Below, piece after piece: positions 1 to 13,935 of a stretch of 64,000 nucleotides of DNA. Within the stretch, counting starts at the first letter, position 1; the number at the start of each line of letters is the position of its first letter. This DNA comes from an uncultured Carboxylicivirga sp. Its GTDB lineage: Bacteria; Bacteroidota; Bacteroidia; Bacteroidales; Marinilabiliaceae. The DNA is taken from contig OY771430.1 of the NCBI GenBank assembly GCA_963674565.1, positions 3,032,879 to 3,096,878 on the forward strand, written 5' to 3'. The notes beneath the pieces were generated by a model. The model worked only from the letters and a program-made list of their open reading frames with translations, was not told the DNA's origin and ran no database searches. The position numbers and the translations under genes are program-made.

Positions 1-594
1 CAACATTTCATTCTCTTCATCCAAAAAGTGACCTACATTCTCAAGAATGGTTACTGTATCAGTGTAATCTTTTGGATGCTGCCCTAAATCAAACAGAGAC
101 TTAAAAATCTCATCTACATTGGTAAGATTAAAGTTACCTGCCATTACAAGATTACGCGATCTCCAGTTATTTTCGCGCATCACAGGATGCACATACTCAA
201 TACTATGATTACCGAAAGTTCCGTAACGTAAATGACCTAAATATAACTCACCGGCAAAAGGTAAATTCTCCTGCGCATATTTCGGATCCTTCAACAATTC
301 AGGCTCATGATCCTGCAGTTTTACAAAGGGTTCATTTATTCTCTTGAAGATATCCTTAATAGGATTTGTCTTGTTCGATCTTTGTCTGAAAAAATATTTT
401 TTTCCTGCTTCCTGATCAAGTTTTAAGTTTACAGCCCCTGCACCGTCCTGACCACGATTGTGCTGTTTCTCCATTAACAAGTATAGTTTATTCAAACCAT
501 ACATCCACGTACCGTACTTATCCTGGTAATACTCCAACGGCTTCAACAAACGAATTAGAACGATACCACACTCGTGCTTAATCTGATCACTCAT
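1..594 (-). CDS. purF: Amidophosphoribosyltransferase, Bacteroidota type (5' part; runs off the window edge)
   Basis: Not in the ORF track. Manual minus-strand translation from ATG at 594 gives MSDQIKHECGIVLIRLLKPLEYYQDKYGTW...KQHNRGQDGAG...GHLRYGTFG..., a class II glutamine amidotransferase N-terminus with the PurF QHRGQD- and GHxRY-like motifs. Open to position 1. Confidence 0.88.
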   Translation of the reverse strand, partial: MSDQIKHECGIVLIRLLKPLEYYQDKYGTWMYGLNKLYLLMEKQHNRGQDGAGAVNLKLDQEAGKKYFFRQRSNKTNPIKDIFKRINEPFVKLQDHEPELLKDPKYAQENLPFAGELYLGHLRYGTFGNHSIEYVHPVMRENNWRSRNLVMAGNFNLTNVDEIFKSLFDLGQHPKDYTDTVTILENVGHFLDEENEML

Positions 595-663
595 GATGTT
601 TACTTAAAAAAAATGATGCGCAAATTTAAATTCAATTTTCCAATCACCCAACTTGGATAAAAC

Positions 664-692
664 AAAAAAAGAAGCCGGACTTATCCGGCTTC
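664..692 (-). terminator. Rho-independent terminator of the SPOR gene
   Basis: GAAGCCGGA-CTTA-TCCGGCTTC hairpin preceded by an A-run, which is a U-tract on the minus strand. Confidence 0.75.
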
Positions 693-703
693 CTATTATT
701 TAA

Positions 704-1141
704 TTACAAATTTTCCATTCTTACAGTTCCCTTCACAACATAGCAGTTCGGGAAAAACTCTTTCATATCCTTCAGCAAAGGCAATGCCTCATGCTTATGT
801 CGATAGTTCCCTACACGAACCCTCCAAAAAGGTGGATTATAGGTGGTTGATATTTTAGCATCCGGAAACTCCTCCAATACTTTCGTTTTAACATCCATTG
901 CCTGACGCTTTCCGTTAGGACCTGATCCCGAAAAGAGTTGTATCTGATAACCATCGACTCCTTCCTGTCTGGCATTTTCTTTCACCATTGTTTCCATCAG
1001 AAAATCAATGCCCTGATCCTGATGAATGGTTATTATACCTTCTCCTTCTTTTACTGTTTGTACTTCTTCTGCCAAATTTTGAGCTTGTACAAATACAGTA
1101 AAACCAATAAATGTAAAAATGAGGGTAACAAAATACTTCAT
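704..1141 (-). CDS. SPOR domain-containing secreted protein
   Basis: Signal peptide, then a C-terminal GYQIQLFSG...PFWRVRVGNY...CYVV pattern typical of SPOR peptidoglycan-binding domains. Confidence 0.8.
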   Translation of the reverse strand: MKYFVTLIFTFIGFTVFVQAQNLAEEVQTVKEGEGIITIHQDQGIDFLMETMVKENARQEGVDGYQIQLFSGSGPNGKRQAMDVKTKVLEEFPDAKISTTYNPPFWRVRVGNYRHKHEALPLLKDMKEFFPNCYVVKGTVRMENL

Positions 1142-1214
1142 TCTATTCCTTTTTGGGAAGCCACAAAGATAAACAATCTTGCCATTAAAAAATCATTCAT
1201 CACAAGATTATGCC

Positions 1215-2057
1215 TTACTCGTATGTAGGCACCACCAAAACAGGCTTCGATGAGTTATTAATCAACTCATTGGCAAAGGGTTTAAAAATATTAACAAAAG
1301 GATTATGTGTGTGATTAACATGCACTGTAATTAAATCTGCATTTTTTTCTTCTGCAAAAGAAATCAGCCTCTGAACTGGTTTTTTACCCACCAAAACTGA
1401 TTTTTCCACTTCAACTCCGGCACGTGTCACAAAATACTTTTCAACCTGACGATTAAACATCGCCACACGCTTTAATAAATATTGTAATTTTGATTCACGC
1501 ACAGCCACCAAAAAAATTCTCGATTTAAATACTGATGCAATACCAGCAATTACAGGAATCTTTTTTCTGCTTGCTTTTGTGTAATCAACCGGAACAACAA
1601 TTTTTCTAATACCTCCATTCCATTTCATTTCCTGATTAAGAACAATAACGGGACAGGGTGCATGAGCCACAAGACTATAAGCATTACTCCCAATCCACTT
1701 ACTCTGAAATCCGGAAGCTCCATGAGAACCCATCACAATCAGGCTCGAATCATCATATTTTGCCTGATTACTTATCTCGTGTACAACATTTCCCTCCCTT
1801 ACCTTATAATCAAACTTACCACCAGGAACAACATAATCATCATCATATTTCTTAATCAGATCCACTAGCCATTCATCCACTTTTTCATTAACTCTGTATT
1901 CTGCCTGATTTTTTGCATAGGTAGGCGCATAATGCAAACCTGTTTTAACATGCATTATGCGAACATTAGCATTGATGTGATTGGCAACCGCAATACCATA
2001 TTCCATTGCGTTTAAAGCAGCTTCTGAAAAATCAATCGGGATTAAAATACGTTTCAT
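1215..2057 (-). CDS. Universal stress protein (tandem USP domains)
   Basis: Starts MKRILIPIDFSEAA. Contains LIVMGSHGASG...WIGSNAYSLVAHAPCPVIV, then a second USP domain ending KPVLVVP. Confidence 0.92.
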   Translation of the reverse strand: MKRILIPIDFSEAALNAMEYGIAVANHINANVRIMHVKTGLHYAPTYAKNQAEYRVNEKVDEWLVDLIKKYDDDYVVPGGKFDYKVREGNVVHEISNQAKYDDSSLIVMGSHGASGFQSKWIGSNAYSLVAHAPCPVIVLNQEMKWNGGIRKIVVPVDYTKASRKKIPVIAGIASVFKSRIFLVAVRESKLQYLLKRVAMFNRQVEKYFVTRAGVEVEKSVLVGKKPVQRLISFAEEKNADLITVHVNHTHNPFVNIFKPFANELINNSSKPVLVVPTYE

Positions 2058-2224
2058 GGATATCGGAATTAGAATTAACCATTATAAATATAGTAATTTT
2101 TTGATGGATTTATTGACCGACCAAAACATTATCAATAGACATAATGATAACATTCCATTTTTTGGAACAATCGTTAATATCATTTAAAACAATCCTTTAT
2201 ATTGGTCATTCATGAAGGAAGCAT

Positions 2225-2232
2225 TACATTTG
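2225..2232 (+). promoter_or_regulatory. Bacteroidota -7 promoter box upstream of miaB
   Basis: TACATTTG matches the TAnnTTTG consensus, 43 bp before the ATG. Confidence 0.6.
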
Positions 2233-2275
2233 CAGCCTCAAACTGAGAAATGTAATATTTCCCGATATATACAAA

Positions 2276-3637
2276 ATGGACTTAAAGAACATTAAACCAT
2301 TGACATCGAATAATTCTGGTAAAAAACTTTTTATCGAGACATATGGATGTCAAATGAACGTAGCTGATAGTGAGGTTGTAGCATCAGTGATGGAGATGGA
2401 TGGCTACGGCATTACACACGAAATGGAACAGGCTGATGCCATATTTATTAATACCTGTTCAATACGAGATAATGCAGAACAAAGAGTCATGGGGCGCTTG
2501 CAGCAATTAACTGCAATGCGAAAAAACAATCCGGATCTTATCATTGGAATCATAGGATGTATGGCTGAAAGAGTGAAGGATCAGCTATTTGAAAAAGGTG
2601 CCAACATTGTTGTCGGACCTGATGCCTATATGGATTTACCCAATTTGATTGGCATGGCCGAAAATGGTGATAAAGCCATCAATGTTGAACTTTCAACGAA
2701 TGAAACTTACTCAGACGTTATTCCTTCACGCATTAGTAAAAACCGTATATCCGGTTTTGTTTCAATCATGCGTGGATGTAATAATTTCTGTTCTTATTGC
2801 ATCGTTCCATATACCCGAGGGCGAGAAAGAAGCAGACAACCTGAAAGTATAAAAAGAGAAATACAGGACTTACAAAATAAAGGTTTTAAAGAAGTTAACC
2901 TCCTGGGACAAAATGTTAATTCATATAACTGGACCGGGAATGAGTGTAATAAATTAAATTTCCCTGGTCTGTTAAATTATGTAGCCGGTAATTTCCCTGA
3001 GATGCGAATTCGTTTTACAACATCTCACCCTAAGGATATGTGTGATGAGACTTTAAAAGTAATGGCTAAATATTCCAACATTTGCAATCACATCCATTTA
3101 CCCTTGCAATCGGGAAGCAGTAAGATTCTTAAATTAATGAATCGTAAATACGATCGTGAATGGTATATGGAACGAATCACAGCTATTAAAACCATTCTTC
3201 CTGACTGCGGTTTATCAACTGATGTTTTCTGCGGATTTCATAACGAAACAGAAGAAGATCACAAACAAACTCTGGAATTAATGCAATGGGTTGGCTACGA
3301 TTCAGCCTTTATGTTTAAATACTCTGAACGACCAGGAACTTATGCGAGTAAACACCTGGAAGATAATGTTTCGGAAGAAATCAAATCAAAGCGACTACAG
3401 GAAATAATTGATCTTCAAACAGAATTATCTATTAAAAGTAATAAGGCCGATATAGGAAAAACCTTTGAAGTATTAGTTGAAGGAACATCTAAAAAATCGA
3501 AGGAAGAACTTTTTGGAAGAACCTCACAAAACAAGGTGGTTGTTTTCCCAAAAGAAAACTTTAAAAAAGGTGATTTTGTTATGGTAAAAATAACAGACGC
3601 AGGTTCAGCAACTCTGAAAGGTATTTCAATAAATTAA
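2276..3637 (+). CDS. miaB: tRNA-2-methylthio-N6-dimethylallyladenosine synthase
   Basis: N-terminal ETYGCQMN motif, radical SAM motif GCNNFCSYC, HLPLQSGS, and a C-terminal TRAM domain (GRTSQNKVVVF). Confidence 0.96.
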   Translation: MDLKNIKPLTSNNSGKKLFIETYGCQMNVADSEVVASVMEMDGYGITHEMEQADAIFINTCSIRDNAEQRVMGRLQQLTAMRKNNPDLIIGIIGCMAERVKDQLFEKGANIVVGPDAYMDLPNLIGMAENGDKAINVELSTNETYSDVIPSRISKNRISGFVSIMRGCNNFCSYCIVPYTRGRERSRQPESIKREIQDLQNKGFKEVNLLGQNVNSYNWTGNECNKLNFPGLLNYVAGNFPEMRIRFTTSHPKDMCDETLKVMAKYSNICNHIHLPLQSGSSKILKLMNRKYDREWYMERITAIKTILPDCGLSTDVFCGFHNETEEDHKQTLELMQWVGYDSAFMFKYSERPGTYASKHLEDNVSEEIKSKRLQEIIDLQTELSIKSNKADIGKTFEVLVEGTSKKSKEELFGRTSQNKVVVFPKENFKKGDFVMVKITDAGSATLKGISIN

Positions 3638-3651
3638 TAACAAGCCCAATT

Positions 3652-3999
3652 ATGAACGATAAAATTAAAGAATTCAGGGAGTATCGCTCTGCTATGAACG
3701 AGAAGCTTTTAGCAAGCAACAACAAGGTTATTAAGAGAATTTTTAACATTGACACCAACACATACATGGAGGGTGCTTTATCTACCAAAGTAAAAGAAAT
3801 GTTGGGTTTGGTTAGTTCGATGGTTTTAAGATGTGATGATTGTATCAAATATCATCTGGAGAAATGTTACGAACAAGGTGTGACCAATGAAGAGATGATG
3901 GAAATTTTCTCTGTTGCGAATCTTGTTGGAGGAACAATTGTTATCCCACATACAAGAAGAGCAATCGAATATTGGGAAATACTAAATGAAGAGGAATAA
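3652..3999 (+). CDS. Carboxymuconolactone decarboxylase / AhpD-like protein
   Basis: ALSTKVKEMLGLVSSMVLRCDDCIKYH carries the CxxC-xxH AhpD core motif. Confidence 0.85.
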   Translation: MNDKIKEFREYRSAMNEKLLASNNKVIKRIFNIDTNTYMEGALSTKVKEMLGLVSSMVLRCDDCIKYHLEKCYEQGVTNEEMMEIFSVANLVGGTIVIPHTRRAIEYWEILNEEE

Positions 4000-4057
4000 A
4001 TATTAAAATAAAGTTCTCTTTTACTATATTTCGGCTAACCTAAGGCCATAACAAATC

Positions 4058-5545
4058 ATGCAAAAATCTTATTTCAAAGAGTACTTATACACATTACTTT
4101 CGCCTAATAAGATAGTAATGTGTTTCTTTATTGTTTATTTACTCTTCCCTACTCAGAATTCATCAGGTGATAGCTGGGGCTATGCTACAGATATTAAATT
4201 TCAAATAAATCTGTTCAGACCACACCATTTATTGTACAATAGTTTTGGCTTAATAATTTACAAAATATTAAAAATTATATTTGGTAATATTGATGTTCTA
4301 GCAATGATGAAAATGCTCAATGCATTCTTTGCTGCATTGTTATTAATTATCACCAATAAAATTCTCAAACTCCTAAATAAAAATACCGAACAAAGATTTG
4401 CATGGCTATTTTTTATTGGTAGCTCGTTTGGTGTATTTCGTTATGCTACAGATAACGAAACCTATATAATACCAATATTTTTTTCTCTCTTAGCTAGTTT
4501 TTTTTACATCAATTTTCATAATCACAATAGGAAAATCCATTTATTTTATAGCGGTGCATTTGCATCAATTGCATGTTTATTTCACCAAATAATGTTTTTT
4601 TGGTGGTTAGGAATACTTATTGGCTTACTAGCTTCTACAAATCGAAAATATTTTTTCTATTACATATTACCATCCCTTATTGTCCCAATTGTTTATTGGG
4701 TAATTTTCACTTCCGTACATAATGATCATTCAATAATTCACCTACTAGGATATATTTTCCATGACTATCTTTCAGGATCAGCAAAAACAAATATTGGATG
4801 GCAAAGTTTTCTTTTGACACCAATCAACATTTTTAGAACATTTATTCAAATCCATGGAAATATTCTCTTAATTATTAAAAACACCAGCGTTCTACTTATA
4901 TTTTTATTACTTATATTAATACCAATTACATATTTATTTAAGGCGAATTGGAAAATAACCATAAATCATAACTTTAATAATAATATTTTTCTTACTCATT
5001 TAACCATTTTTATACTCCATTTATGCTTTGCTTTTTTTTCAAGTGGCAATGCAGAATTCATGGTTATGATGCCGTTTCTCATAGCTATAATTACCCTTGA
5101 AATAATCAAATTTCCATCAACAAATATTAGACTTATTGCTTCTATAATGTTTTTATGGAACTTCGGACTATCAATACTACCTTCTTCATTATATAATTTT
5201 TACGACACCAGTAAACTTATTGAAACAATCAAATTAAATCCTAATAGTATATTCATTCTACAAGATAATCTCACAACTGCTTCTGAATATGAATATATCT
5301 ACGGAGAGGAAATTAACATGAGGATAATTAGCTTTGAAAGTTACCATGTTAACAAAACAGAATTTGACTCAATTTATACAAATATTTACACCGATATATT
5401 TGATAGACCTACACCTTTAAACAGGGCTAAACTAACAATCCAGTCTGCAAATATAAGTGAGTTCCATAAGGATAAAGTACTTATTACTTTAAATGGATTG
5501 TTAGGTGAATATGGTATCTATTCTATTGCTAAGTCCAGTAATTAA
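4058..5545 (+). CDS. Polytopic membrane protein, possible GT-C fold glycosyltransferase
   Basis: About 10 or more hydrophobic segments, a GDSWGYA loop after TM1, an HHLLY motif, YATDNETY and a soluble C-terminal tail. Family call is tentative. Confidence 0.5.
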   Translation: MQKSYFKEYLYTLLSPNKIVMCFFIVYLLFPTQNSSGDSWGYATDIKFQINLFRPHHLLYNSFGLIIYKILKIIFGNIDVLAMMKMLNAFFAALLLIITNKILKLLNKNTEQRFAWLFFIGSSFGVFRYATDNETYIIPIFFSLLASFFYINFHNHNRKIHLFYSGAFASIACLFHQIMFFWWLGILIGLLASTNRKYFFYYILPSLIVPIVYWVIFTSVHNDHSIIHLLGYIFHDYLSGSAKTNIGWQSFLLTPINIFRTFIQIHGNILLIIKNTSVLLIFLLLILIPITYLFKANWKITINHNFNNNIFLTHLTIFILHLCFAFFSSGNAEFMVMMPFLIAIITLEIIKFPSTNIRLIASIMFLWNFGLSILPSSLYNFYDTSKLIETIKLNPNSIFILQDNLTTASEYEYIYGEEINMRIISFESYHVNKTEFDSIYTNIYTDIFDRPTPLNRAKLTIQSANISEFHKDKVLITLNGLLGEYGIYSIAKSSN

Positions 5546-5603
5546 TTAAAACAAATTAACAAAGTCAATTCGCTGCTTCATAAGCGTTCAAGTATTATTA
5601 AAT

Positions 5604-6521
5604 ATGTATACCAAAATCGAAAATAAATTCTTGTTTGTTCATCGCTTAATGGCAAGAACATGGTACTGGGGAATTATTATTTCAACTGCTTATTCAGCAG
5701 TAGTAGTATATCTTGACAACCAAAATTTAGACTGGCTAATTTTTCCTTCTTCCATACCGGCAATATTGGGTACTGCAGTTTCCTTACTTTTGGCTTTCAG
5801 AACCAATTCGGCTTACGACCGATGGTGGGAAGCAAGAAAAATATGGGGATCCATTGTAAACGACAGTCGTTCTTTAATTAGACAAGCAACTACCTTTGTT
5901 GATATGCAGGATTCAGCTCAAAAAAAACTGGTAACTGAATTAACAAAACTACAAATTGCCTGGTGCTGGGCTTTAAATAAAGAACTACGAAAGCAAGAAG
6001 TACTTCCTGCCATTAAGAAGTTTCTTAATCAAAAACAAATTGATTATGTTCTTGCACATCTTAATGCTCATAATGCCATACTTCAGTTGATGGGAGAAAA
6101 AATTAAAGATCTTTATTCAAAAAACTATATTAATGTATACCAATATATGAATATGGATAACCTATTAACAAGTCAAAGCAATCATATGGGCGTTTGTGAA
6201 AGAATCAGTAATACTGTATTTCCATTGCAATATAGTTTCACATTACACCTATCTGTAATTGCTTTCACCTTAGTTTTTCCAATGGGAATAGCATCAACTC
6301 TTAGCTGGACAGCAGTACCCATAACGTTTATTGTGGCAACAATCTTTTACCTGATCAAATCCATTGCCAGCAGAATTCAGGATCCTTTCACCAACTACTA
6401 TAGTGACACTCCAATGGATAGTATCTCACGTACAATTGAAATAAATCTTAATCAGCAAATAGGTAATTACGAAAATTTACCTTCCGCTATTCCTGCTGAT
6501 AAGTATGGGGTTTTATTATAA
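5604..6521 (+). CDS. Bestrophin-family (YneE-like) ion channel
   Basis: LGTAVSLLLAFRTNSAYDRWWEARKIWGSIVNDSR, CERISNTVFP and IQDPF are bestrophin signatures. Confidence 0.9.
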   Translation: MYTKIENKFLFVHRLMARTWYWGIIISTAYSAVVVYLDNQNLDWLIFPSSIPAILGTAVSLLLAFRTNSAYDRWWEARKIWGSIVNDSRSLIRQATTFVDMQDSAQKKLVTELTKLQIAWCWALNKELRKQEVLPAIKKFLNQKQIDYVLAHLNAHNAILQLMGEKIKDLYSKNYINVYQYMNMDNLLTSQSNHMGVCERISNTVFPLQYSFTLHLSVIAFTLVFPMGIASTLSWTAVPITFIVATIFYLIKSIASRIQDPFTNYYSDTPMDSISRTIEINLNQQIGNYENLPSAIPADKYGVLL

Positions 6522-6604
6522 AAAAACCGGAAACAAAATGCTTCCGGTTTTAATTAATTATATTAAAATGCTTTATAAAACCGGGAAGCGCTCTTCCCGG
6601 TTAT
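6520..6604. terminator. Two back-to-back terminators between convergent genes
   Basis: AAAACCGGAA...TTCCGGTTTT and AACCGGGAAG-CGCT-CTTCCCGGTT hairpins. Confidence 0.7.
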
Positions 6605-6614
6605 CCTTTACTAA

Positions 6615-6959
6615 TTAAACCATTAACAGGTCATCAGAAAAGGGCTTTGGACGGTCACAAAAAAAGAAATAATGATCGAGATCATACTTTCGCATTGACT
6701 TAAGTACTCCCTCCCTCACGTTAAAGAGACTCAGTTGACTTTGATTTATCTCTGACAAACGTTGAACAGCCATTAATGCATTCAAACCTTCATCATCAAC
6801 CTTCTCAACTTTTTCAAGATCCACAATTAAATTAGTGAATGGTCGCTTTAATATTTCCATCATGCGAGATTTAAGATCTCCTGAATTTTTAATATCCAAA
6901 TTCTCTTTGCTCTCAAATGATACTAACGTGGTATTTTTAAAAACTTTTATCTTTATCAT
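6615..6959 (-). CDS. STAS domain protein (anti-sigma factor antagonist-like)
   Basis: 114 aa with LIVDLEKVEKVDDEGLNALM and LSLFNV, a STAS pattern. Confidence 0.8.
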   Translation of the reverse strand: MIKIKVFKNTTLVSFESKENLDIKNSGDLKSRMMEILKRPFTNLIVDLEKVEKVDDEGLNALMAVQRLSEINQSQLSLFNVREGVLKSMRKYDLDHYFFFCDRPKPFSDDLLMV

Positions 6960-7194
6960 GGCTATGGGTATTTATGCCAATCAATAAAACAATGCATGTG
7001 CCATAAATTTTATTTCATTGATTTACTACTACTTAAGTCATCTAAAGAAAACCTTTTTTCCAATAATTATATTTTTTTCCATATTTTGGATTTATTCCAT
7101 AATTTCAAACACATTCATAGATTAATAAAAGCATATATTCTTTCTATTACGGATTGATTGAGTTAATTTTGTATCAAACAATTTTTTGTACAAT

Positions 7195-8340
7195 ATGGTC
7201 AATGAGTTAAACTTTGATTCGATACGTCCTTATCAGGACAACGAAATACACGAAGTTTTTGAGCGATTAAAGAATGAACATGATTTTCTAGAATTAATCA
7301 AGTTCTTATATCCCAACTTTTCAACTGAAAATTTTCTTAAAAAATTATTAAGTATTCAAAGTGTAAATGAGTTTCAAACAGAAATCATTTATCCATATGT
7401 AAAAGAGGTATTACGCACCACAACAAAAGGGATTACCCATTCAGGTTTAACTGATCTTGATCCAAAGGGACACTACCTTTTTATATCCAACCACCGTGAC
7501 ATTGTTCTTGATTCTGCCATACTGAATATATTAATGGTGGAAAACAAACTAAATACAACTGAAATTGCAATCGGAGATAATCTATTGATTTTTCCTTGGA
7601 TTACTGATTTGGTTAAACTGAATAAAACATTCATTGTAAACCGCAATTTGCCAGTACGCCAAATGTTGGAAAGCTCAATGCGTCTTTCACATTACATTAG
7701 AAAAACGCTTGTTGAACGAAATCAAAGTATTTGGATTGCTCAGCGTGAAGGACGTTCGAAAGATGGCGATGACCGCACGCAAGTTAGTCTTTTAAAAATG
7801 ATGAATATGAGTGGCGCTGGTTCATTTGCTGAAAATTTCAGCGAATTAACGATTGTTCCACTATCAATTTCATACGAATACGATCCTTGTGACTATTTGA
7901 AAGCACTGGAATTTCAAATGAAACGTGACAAACCGGATTACAAAAAGACACAGGCTGATGACCTGAAGCATATGGGCGCGGGATTAAGAGGCAGAAAAGG
8001 GCGTGTACATTTCGGCTTTGGGAAACCGATTAACAAAACCCAACTAGATAAATTAAATGATTTACCCAAGAATGATCAGTTACAAGCTTTAGCAGAAATG
8101 ATTGATCAGCAAATCCATAATAACTATAAGTTCTATCCTGGCAATTTTGTAGCTGACGATTTATTTACCAATCATACCAGACATACCGATAAATATACTG
8201 AAGAAGATAAATCGATTTTCTTAGGATATTTAGATGAGCATTTGTCTAGAATTGATGGTGATCGTGAGTTCCTTCACAAGGCTCTTTTAGAGATGTATGC
8301 CAATCCGGTGAAGAACTTTTATACTTCAGAAGAAAAATAA
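7195..8340 (+). CDS. Glycerol-3-phosphate / lysophospholipid acyltransferase family protein
   Basis: FISNHRDIVLD (HX4D motif) and IWIAQREGRSKDG. The ORF track starts at TTG 7186; ATG 7195 is preferred, downstream of a TAATTTTG box at 7164-7171. Confidence 0.85.
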   Translation: MVNELNFDSIRPYQDNEIHEVFERLKNEHDFLELIKFLYPNFSTENFLKKLLSIQSVNEFQTEIIYPYVKEVLRTTTKGITHSGLTDLDPKGHYLFISNHRDIVLDSAILNILMVENKLNTTEIAIGDNLLIFPWITDLVKLNKTFIVNRNLPVRQMLESSMRLSHYIRKTLVERNQSIWIAQREGRSKDGDDRTQVSLLKMMNMSGAGSFAENFSELTIVPLSISYEYDPCDYLKALEFQMKRDKPDYKKTQADDLKHMGAGLRGRKGRVHFGFGKPINKTQLDKLNDLPKNDQLQALAEMIDQQIHNNYKFYPGNFVADDLFTNHTRHTDKYTEEDKSIFLGYLDEHLSRIDGDREFLHKALLEMYANPVKNFYTSEEK

Positions 8341-8402
8341 TTGTACGAGCATAAAAAAATCCGCAAGAAAAATCTTGCGGATTTTTTGTATAATGTAAAT
8401 TT

Positions 8403-10160
8403 CTACTTCTCTTTCTTTGTTAATGCAATATTTAATTCCTCCAATTGCTCCTTACTAATAGGAGATGGAGAATCAATCATCACATCTCTACCAGAGTTAT
8501 TCTTAGGAAATGCAATAACATCACGAATAGAATCAATTCCTGCAAATAAGGCAACTAAACGATCAAAGCCAAAGGCTACACCACCATGAGGAGGAGCACC
8601 ATATTTAAAGGCATTCATCAAGAATCCGAATTGAGCTTCAGCTTCTTCTTCAGAAAATCCTAATATCTTAAACATCTTGTGTTGCAACTCATCATTAAAG
8701 ATACGGATTGATCCACCACCTATCTCAATACCATTAATCACCAAATCATAGGCATTAGCCCTTACATTTTTTGGATCAGTATCCAACAATGCCAAATCTT
8801 CTAATTTTGGCGAAGTAAATGGGTGATGCATGGCATAAAAACGATTAGTATCTTCATCCCATTCCAATAATGGAAAATCAACAACCCAAAGAGGAGAAAA
8901 TTTATTTCTATCTCTCAATCCTAAACGGGTTCCCATTTCCAATCGCAACTCACAAAGTGCATTTAAAGTTTTATTTGTTGGTCCTGCAAGAATTAACACC
9001 AAATCTCCAGGTTTAGCATTAAAATGCTCTCCTAATGATTGTAATTGCTCTTCGGTATAAAACTTATCAATTGATGATTTTACGGAACCATCTGTATTGT
9101 ATTTGATATAAATTAATCCACCTGCTCCAATCTGAGGTTTCTTTACAAAATCTGTCAATTGATCAAGTTGTTTGCGTGTATAATCAGCACACCCATTAGC
9201 ACAGATACCACCAACATATTCAGCAGAACTAAACAATTTGAATTCTGAGTCTTTTACTACCTCTGTTATATCAACAAATTTCATATCAAAGCGAGTGTCC
9301 GGTTTATCTGATCCATAGTACTTCATGGCATCAGCATACGATAATCTAGGAAAATCGTAATCCAGTTCTACTTCCTTGATTGTTTTGAAAAGATGCTTTG
9401 TCATCCCTTCAAATGTATTTAATATGTCATCTTGTTCAACATATGACATTTCACAGTCAATCTGTGTAAATTCTGGTTGACGGTCGGCACGTAAATCTTC
9501 ATCGCGAAAACATTTTACAATCTGAAAATAGCGATCGAAACCACCCACCATCAATAACTGCTTAAACACCTGAGGAGATTGAGGCAATGCATAAAATTGT
9601 CCTTCATTCATACGAGATGGAACTACAAAATCTCTCGCACCTTCAGGGGTTGATTTTATTAAAACAGGTGTTTCTGTCTCAATAAAATTTTGTGAATTAA
9701 GATAATTACGAACCTCAAAACCCATTTTATGACGTAGCACCAAATTATCCCTTACCGGAGCTCTTCGTAAATCAAGATAACGATATTTCATTCTTAATTC
9801 ATCTCCACCATCGGTATCATCTTCAATAGTAAAAGGAGGTAATTCTGATGCATTTAGAATAAGTAATTGCTCAACTAAAATTTCAATTTCTCCGGTCGCA
9901 ATTTTTGCATTCTTACTGCTACGCTCAGCAACTTTTCCCTTAACCTGTATAACAAATTCTCTACCTAACTCATTAGCTTGATCACACAAATCTTTATGAG
10001 ACTGCTCATTGAAAACCAACTGAGTAATACCATATCTATCGCGCAAGTCGATAAAGGTCATTCCTCCTAAGTTACGTACTTTTTGAACCCATCCACTTAA
10101 AGTTACAGACAGGTTAAGGTGATCCATTCTTAATTCACCGCAGGTATGTGTTCTGTACAT
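8403..10160 (-). CDS. aspS: Aspartate--tRNA ligase
   Basis: [11 protein letters not shown] start, motif 2 [15 protein letters not shown], motif 3 [13 protein letters not shown], 585 aa. Confidence 0.97.
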   Translation of the reverse strand: MYRTHTCGELRMDHLNLSVTLSGWVQKVRNLGGMTFIDLRDRYGITQLVFNEQSHKDLCDQANELGREFVIQVKGKVAERSSKNAKIATGEIEILVEQLLILNASELPPFTIEDDTDGGDELRMKYRYLDLRRAPVRDNLVLRHKMGFEVRNYLNSQNFIETETPVLIKSTPEGARDFVVPSRMNEGQFYALPQSPQVFKQLLMVGGFDRYFQIVKCFRDEDLRADRQPEFTQIDCEMSYVEQDDILNTFEGMTKHLFKTIKEVELDYDFPRLSYADAMKYYGSDKPDTRFDMKFVDITEVVKDSEFKLFSSAEYVGGICANGCADYTRKQLDQLTDFVKKPQIGAGGLIYIKYNTDGSVKSSIDKFYTEEQLQSLGEHFNAKPGDLVLILAGPTNKTLNALCELRLEMGTRLGLRDRNKFSPLWVVDFPLLEWDEDTNRFYAMHHPFTSPKLEDLALLDTDPKNVRANAYDLVINGIEIGGGSIRIFNDELQHKMFKILGFSEEEAEAQFGFLMNAFKYGAPPHGGVAFGFDRLVALFAGIDSIRDVIAFPKNNSGRDVMIDSPSPISKEQLEELNIALTKKEK

Positions 10161-10289
10161 TGCAATTCCTTGTTTACTACTGTAAATCTATTATTGAATA
10201 CAGTATTTGTCGCGTTTAAATTTAACTTTGCGAAAATAGTAAGAAAAAAAGGAATTATATAATAGCAAACCAAAGGATTAACAATAAAA

Positions 10290-10736
10290 ATGGATCAAAT
10301 AAATTTTTCTGACCAATACTTTATGAAACAAGCTTTTATAGAAGCAGAAAAAGCATTTCAAAAAAATGAAGTACCTGTTGGTGCTGTGGTTGTTTGTCAG
10401 GGGCAGATAATATCCAGGTCACATAATTTAACAGAAACTCTTAATGATGTTACTGCACATGCAGAAATGCTTGCAATCACATCAGCATCCGAGTTTTTAG
10501 GTGGAAAATACCTCAATCAATGTACGCTTTATGTAACACTAGAGCCGTGTACAATGTGCGCAGGAGCCTTAAACTGGTCACAGTTAAAAAGGTTGGTTTA
10601 TGGCGCCAGTGATGAAAAAAGAGGTTTTGAACGATGTACACCATCTTTAATTCATCCTAAAACAGAAATTACATCTGGAATTATGGAAGAAGAATGCAAA
10701 GAGATCATACAAACTTTTTTTAAGAACAAACGATAG
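10290..10736 (+). CDS. tadA: tRNA adenosine deaminase / nucleoside deaminase
   Basis: EVPVGAVVV, TAHAEMLAI and TLEPCTMCAGA zinc-binding deaminase motifs. Confidence 0.88.
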   Translation: MDQINFSDQYFMKQAFIEAEKAFQKNEVPVGAVVVCQGQIISRSHNLTETLNDVTAHAEMLAITSASEFLGGKYLNQCTLYVTLEPCTMCAGALNWSQLKRLVYGASDEKRGFERCTPSLIHPKTEITSGIMEEECKEIIQTFFKNKR

Positions 10737-10760
10737 TCCTTAATAAATCATATAAACACA

Positions 10761-10795
10761 AAAAACCCGTTGCTCTTGTTGAACAACGGGTTTCT
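10761..10795. terminator. Bidirectional terminator between tadA and the rRNA operon
   Basis: AAACCCGTTG...CAACGGGTTT hairpin flanked by A- and T-runs. Confidence 0.75.
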
Positions 10796-10803
10796 TCCAA
10801 AAA

Positions 10804-10912
<109 letters not shown>

Positions 10913-10924
10913 ATATTTTCTTTT

Positions 10925-11073
10925 TAGCTGACAGCTATTAGCTAATGGCTATTAGCTAATTTTAGCTTCGCTAAAATTTATAACATAAAGGCTTACCAAA
11001 ACCACATCCACCGATACTTGATGTGTTTATGTAGTGCTTAGTTAATTGTACTTAGTGCTTGGCACTTTGCACT
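10925..11073. repeat. Imperfect 7-bp tandem tracts in the 23S-5S spacer
   Basis: tagctga cagctat tagctaa tggctat tagctaa (10925-10959) and tagtgct tagttaa ttgtact tagtgct tggcact ttgcact (11032-11073). Confidence 0.8.
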
Positions 11074-11095
11074 TTCTTCTAAAGCACTGTTCGTT

Positions 11096-13890
<2,795 letters not shown>

Positions 13891-13935
13891 TTACACACAC
13901 CATAGTTGGTGTATATGGTTTTGGTTGTTGCCAAT

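Noticed and set aside
2090-2140. Possible FNR/Crp-type site upstream of the USP gene
   Set aside because: TTGAT and TTGAC half-sites are present, but no matching ATCAA half-site at the required 4-bp spacing.
3579-3848. 89-aa minus-strand ORF (similarly 938-1228, 8341-8589, 43805-44149, 46460-46774, 63687-63890)
   Set aside because: Antisense overlaps of well-supported genes.
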